DNA of 58,956 nucleotides, the filler included. It is 4 parts of 4 records of this genome, joined end to end, with 100 filler letters (N's around TTAATTAATTAA, not from the genome) between each part and the next. Parts side by side here need not be neighbours in the genome. Positions count along the whole stretch, not along the records: positions 1 to 25,311 come from SRR22947727_115; 3 more parts are not named here. The stretch is one strand, 5' to 3'. This document shows, piece by piece, positions 10,417 to 20,959 of this stretch (the first letter of the stretch is position 1; every line of letters starts with the position of its first letter). Under the pieces are notes generated by a model that was given only the letters and a program-made list of their open reading frames with translations, made no database searches and was not told the origin of the DNA. The position numbers and the translations under genes are program-made.

Positions 10417-11607
10417 ATGGAACATTTAGATAATTTTAGAAATGAAGTAAAGGTATGGCTTGATGATAATTGTCCTCCTTCAATGAGAGCTGGTGCTGAT
10501 CCAGAGATTCCACATGATGAGGTTTGGGGAGGAAGAAAGGCAGAGTATAAAAATCCTGAGTCTAAAGTATGGCTTGATAGAATGGGCGCAAAGGGCTGGA
10601 CTATGCCTACAGTTCCTAAGGAATATGGTGGTGGTGGTTTATCTAAAGAAGAAATTAAAATTTTAAATGAAGAATTATTTTTAATAGGAGCTAAAACTCC
10701 TTTGTTAAGTTTTGGAATCTGGATGCTTGCCCCTGTATTGCTTGAATATGGTACTGAAGAACAAAAGAAAGAACATCTTCCAAAAATAATTAAAGGTGAA
10801 ATTAGGTGGTGTCAAGGATACTCTGAACCTGGTTCTGGCTCTGACTTGGCTAGCTTGGCAACAAAAGCAGAAGATAAGGGAGATCATTTTCTAGTTAATG
10901 GGCAAAAAGTTTGGACATCATATGCTGATAAGGCTGATTGGATATTTGCGCTAGTTAGAACTGGTCCTCTTGAACCAAAGCATGATGGTATTAGCTTTCT
11001 TCTTATTGACATGGAAACGCATGGTGTTTCTACCAAACCAATAACATTAATTAGTGGAAAGTCACCGTTTTGTGAAACATTTTTTGATGATGTTGAAGTG
11101 CCAAAAGACAATATAGTTGGGGAGTTAGATGCTGGTTGGACAATTGCAAAAAAACTCCTTCAACATGAAAGAACATTTATATCTAACTTTGGACTTGCTG
11201 CTGCAGCTGGAAGTAAGAAAGATTTAGTAACAATTGCAAAGAAATATTTTGGAGAAAATGCTGGAAAAATTAGTAACTCTTTTTTTAGAACTGAAGTTGC
11301 AGACCATAAGATTAAAGAGCATGCATTTGGGCTTACCTTAAAAAGAGCTGGTGATGAAGGAGGAAAAGCAAGTGCTGTTGCATCTATGTTTAAATATTAT
11401 GGAACAGAACACAATAAAAAAAGACACGAGCTAATGATTTCTGCAATGGGAAAAGATGGTGTTGCATGGGATGGTGATGAGTTTGATCAGGAAGATAAAA
11501 ATCTTACTAGGTCATGGTTAAGAACAAAAGGTAACTCTCTTGAAGGCGGTACATCAGAAGTCCAGCTGAATGTTATTTCAAAAAGAGTATTAGGTCTTCC
11601 TAGTTAA
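10417..11607 (+). CDS. acyl-CoA dehydrogenase (PimC-like large subunit of a heteromeric pair)
   Basis: WCQGYSEPGSGSDLASL, NGQKVWTS, EGGTSEVQ. Confidence 0.9.
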   Translation: MEHLDNFRNEVKVWLDDNCPPSMRAGADPEIPHDEVWGGRKAEYKNPESKVWLDRMGAKGWTMPTVPKEYGGGGLSKEEIKILNEELFLIGAKTPLLSFGIWMLAPVLLEYGTEEQKKEHLPKIIKGEIRWCQGYSEPGSGSDLASLATKAEDKGDHFLVNGQKVWTSYADKADWIFALVRTGPLEPKHDGISFLLIDMETHGVSTKPITLISGKSPFCETFFDDVEVPKDNIVGELDAGWTIAKKLLQHERTFISNFGLAAAAGSKKDLVTIAKKYFGENAGKISNSFFRTEVADHKIKEHAFGLTLKRAGDEGGKASAVASMFKYYGTEHNKKRHELMISAMGKDGVAWDGDEFDQEDKNLTRSWLRTKGNSLEGGTSEVQLNVISKRVLGLPS

Positions 11608-11628
11608 ACAAACCAATAGAGATAAATT

Positions 11629-12768
11629 ATGAAACTAGTATTAAATGAAGAGCAGCAATTTTTAAAAGATACGGCTAAAAACTTTGCTGAAGAAAGAACT
11701 CCAATCAACCACTTTAGAAATTTAAGAGATACTAAAGATTCCTTGCTGTGGGATAAAGAAATATGGGATGAAATGGTAAAGCTTGGTTGGGCAGGAATAT
11801 TGATCCCAGAAGAATATGGTGGTTCTGATTTTGGTATAACTGGAATGAGTGTGGTCCTTCAAGAGTGTGGAAAAACACTAACCCCCTCTCCTCTTCTAGC
11901 GACTGCTGTTCTGGGAGTCTATGCTATTAAAGAATTTGGAACAGATAAGCAAAAATCTAAATACTTACCCTTGATTGCAAATGGTGAAATAACTACTGCG
12001 GTAGCCTTTGATGAATCAAGCCATCACGATATATCTCAAACTGAATTAACTGCGATTAAAACAGGTGATAATTTTATTCTTAATGGGGTGAAAAAACTTG
12101 TTGTTGATGGTTCAAGTGCTGATATTCTTATTGTATTGAGCAGAACATCTGGCTCTAAAGGTGAGATGGCTGGACTAAGCTTATTTATTCTTGAGAGTGA
12201 TAGTGATGGAGTTACAAGAACCAAGCTTGATATGGCTGATAGTAGAAACTATGCAAATATAGAATTTAATGATGTCACTGTTTCGTTAAATGAATTGCTG
12301 GGAAGTCAGGAGTTAGGCGGCGAAGCTATGGATCATATTCTAGATATTGGAAGAATAGCTCTATCTGCTGAGATGCTTGGCAATTGCGAGGCTGCCTTTT
12401 CAACAACCATTGATTATCTCAAAGAAAGGAAACAATTTGGAGTTTTGATTGGTACTTTTCAAGCACTTCAACACAGAGCGGCAGAAATGTTTTGTGAGAT
12501 AGAATTAACAAAATCATCAGTGATGGCTGCTATGCAGGGTGCTGATGAAAATTCAAACCAGTTACAGGTTTTAGCAAGTCTTGCTAAATCTATATCAGGT
12601 GACACGCTTCACCTTGTTTCAAATGAAGCAATTCAGATGCATGGTGGGATTGGTGTAACAGATGAGTATGATTTAGGCTTCTTCTTAAAAAGAGCAAGAG
12701 TTACTGAACAAATATTTGGAAGTGTTAACTTTCATAAAGAGCGTTATGCTAACCTCAGTGGATTCTAA
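11629..12768 (+). CDS. acyl-CoA dehydrogenase (PimD-like small subunit)
   Basis: RKQFGVLIGTFQALQHR, IQMHGGIGVTDE; tandem with the preceding ACAD. Confidence 0.88.
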   Translation: MKLVLNEEQQFLKDTAKNFAEERTPINHFRNLRDTKDSLLWDKEIWDEMVKLGWAGILIPEEYGGSDFGITGMSVVLQECGKTLTPSPLLATAVLGVYAIKEFGTDKQKSKYLPLIANGEITTAVAFDESSHHDISQTELTAIKTGDNFILNGVKKLVVDGSSADILIVLSRTSGSKGEMAGLSLFILESDSDGVTRTKLDMADSRNYANIEFNDVTVSLNELLGSQELGGEAMDHILDIGRIALSAEMLGNCEAAFSTTIDYLKERKQFGVLIGTFQALQHRAAEMFCEIELTKSSVMAAMQGADENSNQLQVLASLAKSISGDTLHLVSNEAIQMHGGIGVTDEYDLGFFLKRARVTEQIFGSVNFHKERYANLSGF

Positions 12769-12780
12769 TATAGAGCAAGT

Positions 12781-13680
12781 ATGCTTATTAGAACAATTAA
12801 CAATATAAAAAAATTAATTGTAGGTATTATTACTTTTATTTTAATTGTTACTGTTCTTTTCTTTGGGTTTGGTTCCTTGGCAGTCTTGAATCTTCCTCGT
12901 GCATTAATTCCCTTTAGATCCTTTAAAGTATTACTTAGCAAGATTTCTAATTTTATTGGAGATATTATTGTTTATTGTTGCAGAGTAATTATGTTTGTGT
13001 TGCATCAAAACTCTATAGAAATCTATGATGATAATAAGTTTGATAGATCAAAATGGTACCTGGCAATGTCAAATCATCAGTCTTGGGCTGATATATTTAT
13101 TATTCTTGCTGCAGGTAATTTTAGGATACCATTGATAAAATTCTTTATGAAAAAGGAGCTTGCTTGGATACCATTTATATATCTTGCAAATAAAACACTT
13201 AATATGCCTTTCGTGAGTAGGCACAGTAAAGAAGATCTGAAAAAAAATCCTGCCCTAAGACAGGAAGATTATAGAAATACTTTGGATTCCTGCAGAAGAT
13301 TTAAAAGGTCTCCATCTACCGTTTTTAGCTATGCAGAAGGAACTCGAAACAATCCTAAAAAATATAAATTACAAGAATCTCCATACAAGAATCTTTTAAA
13401 ACCAAAAATTGGAGGAATGGCTACTGCCATATCAGCAATTGATAATATAGATACGCTAGTCGACTTCTCGTTAATTTATAAATCAAATAAACGAAGTGCT
13501 TGGTCTTTTCTAAATGGAGAAATGAAAGACGTAAAAGTGCTTATCAAAAAATATAAAATTCCAGATCATTTAAAAAACAAAAACTACTCTATTGATAAGC
13601 AATATAGAATTGATTTTAAAGATTGGATTGAAGAAATTTGGGAAGAAAAAGACAGGGAAATTGAAAGATTAAAATATTAA
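12781..13680 (+). CDS. lysophospholipid acyltransferase (PlsC/YihG-like)
   Basis: NHQSWAD (HX4D), KFFMKKEL, AEGTR, NLLKPKIGG. Confidence 0.88.
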   Translation: MLIRTINNIKKLIVGIITFILIVTVLFFGFGSLAVLNLPRALIPFRSFKVLLSKISNFIGDIIVYCCRVIMFVLHQNSIEIYDDNKFDRSKWYLAMSNHQSWADIFIILAAGNFRIPLIKFFMKKELAWIPFIYLANKTLNMPFVSRHSKEDLKKNPALRQEDYRNTLDSCRRFKRSPSTVFSYAEGTRNNPKKYKLQESPYKNLLKPKIGGMATAISAIDNIDTLVDFSLIYKSNKRSAWSFLNGEMKDVKVLIKKYKIPDHLKNKNYSIDKQYRIDFKDWIEEIWEEKDREIERLKY

Positions 13681-14157
13681 TTCTTTATCGCTAACAACCC
13701 ACCCATTTAAATCAGCATACACCCAGTTTCCAGACCTAATACTTACAGAGTCAAATAATAAATCAGCAGAACGGTCACCCAATCCTCTTTTTATTGTTTT
13801 TCTTGGGACAGAGCCTTTTGCAAGGATTCCAATTGGAATATTTTTAAGCACTTCTATATCTCTAACGTAACCATTAACTATTATTCCTACCCATTTATTT
13901 TCAGCTGCTTTGCTTGCGATCTGATCGCCTATCATTGATGCATAATTAATATTTCCTGCATCTATGACCAGAACTTTTTTGTAGCCTCTTTCAGCAAGTA
14001 CCTCTTTTACAATTGAATTATCATCAGGACATTTAACAGTTTCAAGTTGTCCATAAAACTTTTCAATAGCTCCATATGACCGATAATTTGCTAAAGCAAC
14101 TTGAATGGAGTCTCCGTATTCATCGCATAAGTCTGGTGTAGTAAATTTATTTTTCAT
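13669..14157 (-). CDS. rraA: RraA family protein (RNase E regulator / HMG aldolase)
   Basis: TPDLCDEY, TVKC..DNS, VLVIDAG, GYVRD, YADLNG. Confidence 0.85.
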   Translation of the reverse strand: MKNKFTTPDLCDEYGDSIQVALANYRSYGAIEKFYGQLETVKCPDDNSIVKEVLAERGYKKVLVIDAGNINYASMIGDQIASKAAENKWVGIIVNGYVRDIEVLKNIPIGILAKGSVPRKTIKRGLGDRSADLLFDSVSIRSGNWVYADLNGWVVSDKELIF

Positions 14158-14230
14158 AGATTTATTCTATTACAAATTAGCTATCTCAAGTATTATTTAA
14201 AATATAAAATAAATTTTTGTGGAGTAGAGA

Positions 14231-15388
14231 ATGAAGTCACCAATCTGTGAAATGTTTGAAATAGAGTTCCCCCTCGTTGCATTTAGTCACTGTAGAGATG
14301 TTGTTGTAGCAGTTTCTAAAGCAGGTGGAATGGGTGTTCTTGGGGCTGTTGGCCATACGCCAGAAATGCTTGAGCAAGATTTAAAATGGATAGATGATCA
14401 TATTGATGGAAAACCATATGGTGTAGATGTTTTAGTTCCAAATAATTTTGAGGGTAAGGGATCTTCTATGACCTCTGAGGATTTAAGGAATATGATTCCT
14501 CAAGAATACAGAGATTTTAGAGCAGATGTCTTAAAGCAATATGATGTTGATGGTGAATCTCTTAGAGGCGGAGGAGATTCAAAAGAAAAAGAAATTCGAT
14601 CTGATTCAAGGTTTGGAAAAAACTTAAAAGAACAAGGTGCTAAAAAACTTTTAGAAGTAGCTTTCTCTCATCCGATTAAGCTTATTGCAAATGCTCTTGG
14701 GGTCCCGCCTAAGTGGATGTTAGATATGGGTAAGGAAAATAATGTAAAAGTTGCTGCTTTGCTTGGAGCTAAAGAGCATGCAATTCGACAAGTGCAGGCA
14801 GGTGTAGATATTCTTGTTGTTTCGGGAACAGAAGGTGGTGGGCATTGTGGCAGTGTTTCTACCATGGTTCTTATACCTGAGGTCAAGAGAGCTATTGCAA
14901 CTTATGGAGATGTGCCTATTTTAGCTGCTGGTGGTATTGCAACTGGCGAGCAAATGGCTGGAATAATGGCAATGGGAGCAGATGGTGTTTGGTGTGCATC
15001 AGTATTTCTTCCAACTACTGAGGCAGAAACGTCTGAAAATATTAAAGAGAAAATGGTTAACGCTACTTCTAGCCAGACTGTCAGATCAAAAAGCAGAACT
15101 GGGAAACATTCTAGACAGCTTAAATCTGCCTGGACTGATGCATGGGAGGCCAAAGATGCACCAGAACCTTTGCCAATGCCACTTCAAACAATGGTTGGTG
15201 AGCCTGCATTAGCAATAATATCTAAACAGGCAACTCTTGGACATAAAGGGGCTAAAGACTTAGACACGTACTGGGTTGGTCAGGGAATTGGTTTGGTAAA
15301 TGAAACTATCTCAGCGGGACAGACTGTTCAAAAATTTAAAGAAGAGTTCATTATTGGCTATGAACGAATAACGAACCTATTTGAATAA
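14231..15388 (+). CDS. nitronate monooxygenase family flavoprotein
   Basis: FSHCRDVVVAVSKAGGMGVLG, GTEGGGHCG, LAAGGIATG. Confidence 0.88.
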   Translation: MKSPICEMFEIEFPLVAFSHCRDVVVAVSKAGGMGVLGAVGHTPEMLEQDLKWIDDHIDGKPYGVDVLVPNNFEGKGSSMTSEDLRNMIPQEYRDFRADVLKQYDVDGESLRGGGDSKEKEIRSDSRFGKNLKEQGAKKLLEVAFSHPIKLIANALGVPPKWMLDMGKENNVKVAALLGAKEHAIRQVQAGVDILVVSGTEGGGHCGSVSTMVLIPEVKRAIATYGDVPILAAGGIATGEQMAGIMAMGADGVWCASVFLPTTEAETSENIKEKMVNATSSQTVRSKSRTGKHSRQLKSAWTDAWEAKDAPEPLPMPLQTMVGEPALAIISKQATLGHKGAKDLDTYWVGQGIGLVNETISAGQTVQKFKEEFIIGYERITNLFE

Positions 15389-15389
15389 A

Positions 15390-16670
15390 TTAAAGCTGAG
15401 CAACCTTACTTCTGGGCACAAACTCTAGAACTGTTGCATTAATACAGTATCTGGGCATTCCATTCGGCCCATCATCAAAAACATGACCAAGATGAATATC
15501 TGATGATAAAGATCTTACCTCAACTCTCTTCATGCCATATCGATTGTCCGGCAATTCATATGTTGCATCATCAACTGGTTTTGTAAAAGACAGCCACCCA
15601 GATTTAGAAACGAATCTATCTCTGGTATCGAATAAAGGTTGGCCGCTAAGCTTGTCTACAAAAATGCCATCAGGCGTATTCTTAAAAATTTGATATTCTT
15701 TGCAAAATCTTGCGTCTGTTCCCTCATTAAAAGCAACATCATAGGCTTCTGATTCACCCAGCTTAAACTTGCCTAGTGCTTTGTAAAAATTAATTGGTTC
15801 CATATAACCTTGCTTAGCAAAAACCTCTTTACCATCTATTAAAAAAATTATTGTAGGTGTAGCCCAAGTTGGAGCTGATATTTGAAGAGAGTTAAGTTGA
15901 TCTGAAGTTCTTTTTGAGAATGGGATAGTGCCTTTATATGATTGTAGAACTTCATTATCAAATTTTTCACAATATGGGCAATATGTCTTTGAATCAATAA
16001 CTAGGATATGTTTTCCAATAAGAAGGTTTGAGTTATCAATTTCTTTGGTCGGCTCATCGTTAAAAACAACACCGGTAGAATGATCTGGACAATATCCATT
16101 AGGGTTCTTCTTTATATAATCTTGATGATAATTTTCTGCTTCAAAAAAGCTTTCAAGCTTTTTAACTTTTGTAACAATTTTTCCATATCCAGACTTGTTT
16201 AAAAGGTCTTGATACTCATTTAAAACTCTTTCAATAATCACCTTCTCTTCATTATTTTTATAAAGAATTGTTGATCTGTATTGAGTGCCAATATCATTTC
16301 CTTGTCTATTTGACTGTGTTGGATCATGCGACTCAAAAAAGTGCTTAATAATTGATCTGAGGCTTATTTCATTTGAATTAAATGTTACTTCTACAACTTC
16401 GGCAAAATTATTATTATTATATTTATTTTTAAATTGTGTAATCGATCTGTAATTAGGTGAAACACCCCTTCCATCTGCATAACCTGAAACGGCATCTTCG
16501 ACTCCTCGTATCTGCTCATAGCCCTTTTCAGCACCCCAAAAACAACCCGATCCTAGAACAATTGACTGTGTATGATTAGTTTTGTTTGCGTTTGCCTCTG
16601 CTTGAGTAACTATTGAAATGAGTACAAAAAATAGCAAAAAATATTTATTCAATTTACTTAACTTCATCAT
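15390..16670 (-). CDS. secreted methionine sulfoxide reductase fusion MsrA-thioredoxin-like-MsrB
   Basis: Signal peptide, GCFWG and GYCP (MsrA), YCPYC and ATPT (Trx fold), SGWLSF/HLGHVF/RYCIN (MsrB). The start is likely ATG 16670/16667 or TTG 16652, not 16763. Confidence 0.9.
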   Translation of the reverse strand: MMKLSKLNKYFLLFFVLISIVTQAEANANKTNHTQSIVLGSGCFWGAEKGYEQIRGVEDAVSGYADGRGVSPNYRSITQFKNKYNNNNFAEVVEVTFNSNEISLRSIIKHFFESHDPTQSNRQGNDIGTQYRSTILYKNNEEKVIIERVLNEYQDLLNKSGYGKIVTKVKKLESFFEAENYHQDYIKKNPNGYCPDHSTGVVFNDEPTKEIDNSNLLIGKHILVIDSKTYCPYCEKFDNEVLQSYKGTIPFSKRTSDQLNSLQISAPTWATPTIIFLIDGKEVFAKQGYMEPINFYKALGKFKLGESEAYDVAFNEGTDARFCKEYQIFKNTPDGIFVDKLSGQPLFDTRDRFVSKSGWLSFTKPVDDATYELPDNRYGMKRVEVRSLSSDIHLGHVFDDGPNGMPRYCINATVLEFVPRSKVAQL

Positions 16671-17277
16671 GTGAAAAATCCTTAATTTTTTTGAATGCCT
16701 TTCTTTCGAATAACATACTAGTCCATCTTGATATATTTGGTTTGAAAGCTTCATCAATTCCAAGACTTTTGGCTAAAAATAAAGCATAGCTCACACATAT
16801 ATCAGCTATCGTAAATCTATTTGAACATAAATACTCCCTATCATTCAGCGATTGTTCTAGTAGCTTTAACCTTGCAATAAACCATCGCCTGTATCCGTCT
16901 GCAGCTTTGTCAGCTACTCCTATTTCTTGAAGTGTATATCTTAAAAAAACTGTTTGTGGGAAAGTTAATGTGGCATCAGAATGTGATAACCAATTGAGAT
17001 AGTCACCGTAATCATCTTCATTTGTAGCTACTTTTAAGTCCGAAGGCCCATACCTATCTACCATGTACTGGCTCATAGCAACTGACTCAGTCATACGAAC
17101 CTCGCCATCAATTAAATAAGGGACTGTTCCAAGAATATTTATATCCATAAAATCTTTATGCAGAAACCTTGGAGGAAATGGCATCATTTCAACCTCGTAA
17201 TCCAATCCCATCTCTTCTGCAGTCCATATTGGTCTCATTCCTCTTGAACCAGCGCAGCTATATATTTTTATTGTCAT
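16654..17277 (-). CDS. glutathione S-transferase family protein
   Basis: LGTVPYLIDGEVRMTESVAM, FTIADI. Confidence 0.9.
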   Translation of the reverse strand: MTIKIYSCAGSRGMRPIWTAEEMGLDYEVEMMPFPPRFLHKDFMDINILGTVPYLIDGEVRMTESVAMSQYMVDRYGPSDLKVATNEDDYGDYLNWLSHSDATLTFPQTVFLRYTLQEIGVADKAADGYRRWFIARLKLLEQSLNDREYLCSNRFTIADICVSYALFLAKSLGIDEAFKPNISRWTSMLFERKAFKKIKDFSHDEVK

Positions 17278-17319
17278 AATTAAATTTATATTTTATGTAT
17301 TAATAATACTGTTTTTAAT

Positions 17320-17347
17320 TGGTAATATTAACTATATTATATTACCA
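17320..17347. promoter_or_regulatory. inverted repeat, candidate TetR operator of the carboxylase/AtuA operon
   Basis: TGGTAATAT-N10-ATATTACCA with perfect 9-bp arms, in the 98-bp divergent gap. Confidence 0.55.
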
Positions 17348-17375
17348 TTTAGAAAGTTTTAATTAATAAAAACAT

Positions 17376-19034
17376 ATGCATTCACAAAATATCGCACAAA
17401 AAATAAGAAGTAATCTTAATATTAATTCTGAAGATTTTAAAAAAAATAAAGAGTTAATGATTGAAAAGCTCAATTTTATAGACGATCTTCTTGATCAAGC
17501 AGAATTAGGTGGTGGAGCTTATCACCATGAAAGATTAGCTAAAAGAGGAAAGATGCCAATTCGACAAAGAATTATGAATGTTCTTGATGACGACAGCCCT
17601 TTTCTTGAAATTAGTCCACTTGCTGCATATGGCACTGACTATACCGTAGGCGGCGGATGTGTTTCAGGCATTGGTCTTATTGCAGGAGTTGAATGTGTGA
17701 TATTTGGCAATGATCCTTCAGTAAAAGCAGGAGCTATGACTGTATATGCTGGAGAAAAATGGCGAAGGGCTATTGAAATATCAAGAGACAACAAAATACC
17801 TTTCATAAGTTTTGTTGAATCAGCCGGGGGTGACCTAAGCATGGGGACAGGAAGTAAAAGTGGACAAGATCCAATCTCTCCAACACTCCAGCAGGATCAC
17901 TTTGCTGCGACTGGAAGGTTTTTTTATGAAATGACTGAGCTTTCAAAACTAAAAATACCTGTAATATCGATTGTTTTTGGTTCTTCAACTGCCGGTGGAG
18001 CATATCAACCAGGCATGTCTGATTATAATATTTTTATAAAAGATCAATCTCAAGTATTTCTTGCTGGGCCTCCGCTAGTAATGGCTGCGACCGGAGAGGT
18101 TTCTGATGCCGAAACGCTTGGTGGTGCACAAATGCATTCAGAAATCTCAGGTCTCTCTGATTATCTTGCGGAAGATGAAATGGATGCATTAAGGATATGT
18201 AGAGAAGTTGTGTCTCATTTAAATTGGAGCAAAAGTGGTAAAAAACCTTCTAAAATTTCTTCTGAACCTGCATATAGTAAAGATGAGTTACTTGGGCTAA
18301 TTAGCGAAGATTTAAAATCTCCTCTTGATATTAGAGAAATTATTGCAAGAATTGCAGATGGTTCTAAGTTTGAGGATTTTAAACCTTTATATGGCCCAAC
18401 AATGGTTTGTGGGTGGGCTTCGATTCATGGCTATCAAGTAGGTATTCTAGGTAATAATGGTCCAATCTATCCTCAGTGTGCTGAAAAAGCTGCTAGCTTT
18501 ATTCAGCTATGTAATAAAAGGAATATTCCTCTTGTATTTCTTCAGAATGTTACAGGCTTTCTAGTAGGTAAAGATTTTGAGAGACAAGCAATTATAAAAA
18601 AGGGCTCTCAACTAATAAATTCAGTTTCTAATTCAAACGTGCCTCATATTACTATTATTGTAGGTGCTTCATATGGTGCCGGAACATACGCTATGTCAGG
18701 AAGAGCTTTTAATAATCGTTTTACCTTTTTATGGCCAACTGCAAAGATAGGGGTTATGGGTTCTGAGCAAATTGCAAGAGTTATGTCCATTGTTAGGCGT
18801 GCAAAAGCTCAAAGAACGGGTGAGAAATTTGATGAAAAGGCAGATGCTCAGATAAGAGAAATGGTTGAGGAAGCTGCTGAAAAGATATCTCATGGACTTG
18901 TTGCAAGCAGTATGCTAACTGATGATGGAATTATTGATCCAAGAGACACAAGAACTGTTTTAGGGTTTTGCTTATCAGTTGTTAATAACGTTGCTGTTGA
19001 AGGTGCAAATGAATATGGGGTATTTAGACTATGA
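17376..19034 (+). CDS. acyl-CoA carboxylase carboxyltransferase subunit (AtuC-like)
   Basis: FVESAGG, GSSTAGGAY, FLAGPPLV, GASYGAGTYAMSGR; clustered with AtuA. Confidence 0.88.
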   Translation: MHSQNIAQKIRSNLNINSEDFKKNKELMIEKLNFIDDLLDQAELGGGAYHHERLAKRGKMPIRQRIMNVLDDDSPFLEISPLAAYGTDYTVGGGCVSGIGLIAGVECVIFGNDPSVKAGAMTVYAGEKWRRAIEISRDNKIPFISFVESAGGDLSMGTGSKSGQDPISPTLQQDHFAATGRFFYEMTELSKLKIPVISIVFGSSTAGGAYQPGMSDYNIFIKDQSQVFLAGPPLVMAATGEVSDAETLGGAQMHSEISGLSDYLAEDEMDALRICREVVSHLNWSKSGKKPSKISSEPAYSKDELLGLISEDLKSPLDIREIIARIADGSKFEDFKPLYGPTMVCGWASIHGYQVGILGNNGPIYPQCAEKAASFIQLCNKRNIPLVFLQNVTGFLVGKDFERQAIIKKGSQLINSVSNSNVPHITIIVGASYGAGTYAMSGRAFNNRFTFLWPTAKIGVMGSEQIARVMSIVRRAKAQRTGEKFDEKADAQIREMVEEAAEKISHGLVASSMLTDDGIIDPRDTRTVLGFCLSVVNNVAVEGANEYGVFRL

Positions 19035-20959
19035 ATTTTAATTCTATTCTTATCGCCAATAGAGGTGAAATTGCAATAAGATTAATCAAATCAGCTCGTA
19101 AAATGGGCATTAGATGCATTGCAGTATATGTTGATGCTGATGCAGATTCTCTATATGTTAAGGCTGCAGATGAAGCTATTCATCTTCCAAATGGGGGTTA
19201 TCTTGATATAAATTTAATTATTGCGGCTGCTAAGAAATCAGGAGCAGAGGCTATTCATCCTGGCTATGGTTTCTTATCTGAAAATGCTTCATTTGCAAGA
19301 AAAGTAATTAAAGAAAATATCGTTTGGATTGGGCCCTCTCCTCACGCAATATCTGTAATGGGAGATAAGCTAAAAGCAAAAGAATTGGCAATTAAAGCCA
19401 ATGTCCCAACTCTCCCAATGACATCAAAACAAAATGAGGTCGCTGAAATAGGTTATCCCCTTCTCATAAAAGCTGCCGCTGGTGGTGGTGGAAAAGGGAT
19501 GCGTATTGTTAAGAAAAAGGGAGATCTTAAAGAATCCATTAAAGCAGCTCAAAGAGAAGCAAAAACAGGATTTAATGATGAGCGTATTTTTATTGAGAGA
19601 TATGTTGAAAAATCAAGGCATATAGAAATACAAATTCTAGGAGATTTATATGGCAATATCATTCACCTTGGTGAAAGGGAATGCTCGATACAAAGAAGGC
19701 ATCAAAAAATTATTGAAGAATCACCTTCACCGAGAATATCTGATGAAATAAGAAATAGAATGGGTGAAGCCGCTATAAAGCTTGCAAAAAGAATTAAGTA
19801 TAAATCTGCAGGTACAGTTGAGTTCTTATTTGATGATGATACTGAAGAATTTTGGTTTCTTGAAGTAAATACAAGGCTTCAAGTAGAACATCCTGTTACT
19901 GAAGAAGTCACTGGAATAGATCTTGTTTATGAGCAAATAAGAATAGCTAGAGGTGATGAGTTGAGCTTTAAGCAAGAAGAAATTGAATGGAATGGACATT
20001 CTATTGAGGCAAGGCTATATGCAGAAAATCCTGCTAATAATTTCTTGCCTGAAACGGGTACCTTGATTGCTTTTGAGCAAAATTATGATGATAAGGCGCG
20101 ATGGGATTCAGGAGTTGAATCTGGATCTGTTATAGGTACAGAGTTTGACCCAATGCTAGCTAAAGTTATTTCTCATGCAAAAACAAGGAAAGATGCTGCA
20201 TTAAAATTATCAAAATCATTAGAATCTGCTCATATAGGGGGAGTGACAACTAATAGAGACTTTCTTATATCTACATTGAGAACAGAAGAGTTTTTAGATG
20301 GAAAAACAACTACAGATTTTATCGATGTCGTTAATCCCGCAAGGGCTCTTATTCTTAGTAAAGAAATGCTTATGCATTCTTTAGCTGTAGCTGCATTATG
20401 GCTTCAGGAATTGAATAGGTTCAATGATAATGTTTTAGGCCATTTACCTTCTGGATGGACAAATGGGAGAATCCCTAAGCAAAACATCAGTTTCAAATAT
20501 AATGATGAGGAAATAGAAGTCCTATATACAAAACTTAGAGATGGAAATTTTAATATTAATAATGTTTATGCAAAGATTTTTGAATGTTTCGAAGATGGTA
20601 TTGATCTTGAATATAATGGACGAAGACATTTTTCTTCAATTACATTAAAAGAAAATAGAATTCTAATTCACATGCCTTTTGGTGATGTGCTTTTAAAAAT
20701 TATGCCTAAGTTTGTTATTCCTGGTATTGATGTTAAAGCTGGGAGTCTTATAGCGCCTATGCCTGGTAAAGTTATCGATTTGAGAGTTAAGAAAGGTTCT
20801 AAAGTGAAGGCAGGTGAGGTATTGGTGATTTTAGAAGCTATGAAAATGGAGCACTCAATAAAGGCATCTGAGGATGGGGTAATTTCTGAACTACACATAA
20901 CAAAGGAAGATCAGGTTGAGAATGGTGCAATTTTAATGGTTATGGATACTGGTAAGTGA
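19031..20959 (+). CDS. acyl-CoA carboxylase biotin carboxylase/BCCP subunit (AtuF-like)
   Basis: ILIANRGEIA, HPGYGFLSEN, ERECSIQRRHQK, EAMKM biotinylation site. Confidence 0.92.
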   Translation: MNFNSILIANRGEIAIRLIKSARKMGIRCIAVYVDADADSLYVKAADEAIHLPNGGYLDINLIIAAAKKSGAEAIHPGYGFLSENASFARKVIKENIVWIGPSPHAISVMGDKLKAKELAIKANVPTLPMTSKQNEVAEIGYPLLIKAAAGGGGKGMRIVKKKGDLKESIKAAQREAKTGFNDERIFIERYVEKSRHIEIQILGDLYGNIIHLGERECSIQRRHQKIIEESPSPRISDEIRNRMGEAAIKLAKRIKYKSAGTVEFLFDDDTEEFWFLEVNTRLQVEHPVTEEVTGIDLVYEQIRIARGDELSFKQEEIEWNGHSIEARLYAENPANNFLPETGTLIAFEQNYDDKARWDSGVESGSVIGTEFDPMLAKVISHAKTRKDAALKLSKSLESAHIGGVTTNRDFLISTLRTEEFLDGKTTTDFIDVVNPARALILSKEMLMHSLAVAALWLQELNRFNDNVLGHLPSGWTNGRIPKQNISFKYNDEEIEVLYTKLRDGNFNINNVYAKIFECFEDGIDLEYNGRRHFSSITLKENRILIHMPFGDVLLKIMPKFVIPGIDVKAGSLIAPMPGKVIDLRVKKGSKVKAGEVLVILEAMKMEHSIKASEDGVISELHITKEDQVENGAILMVMDTGK

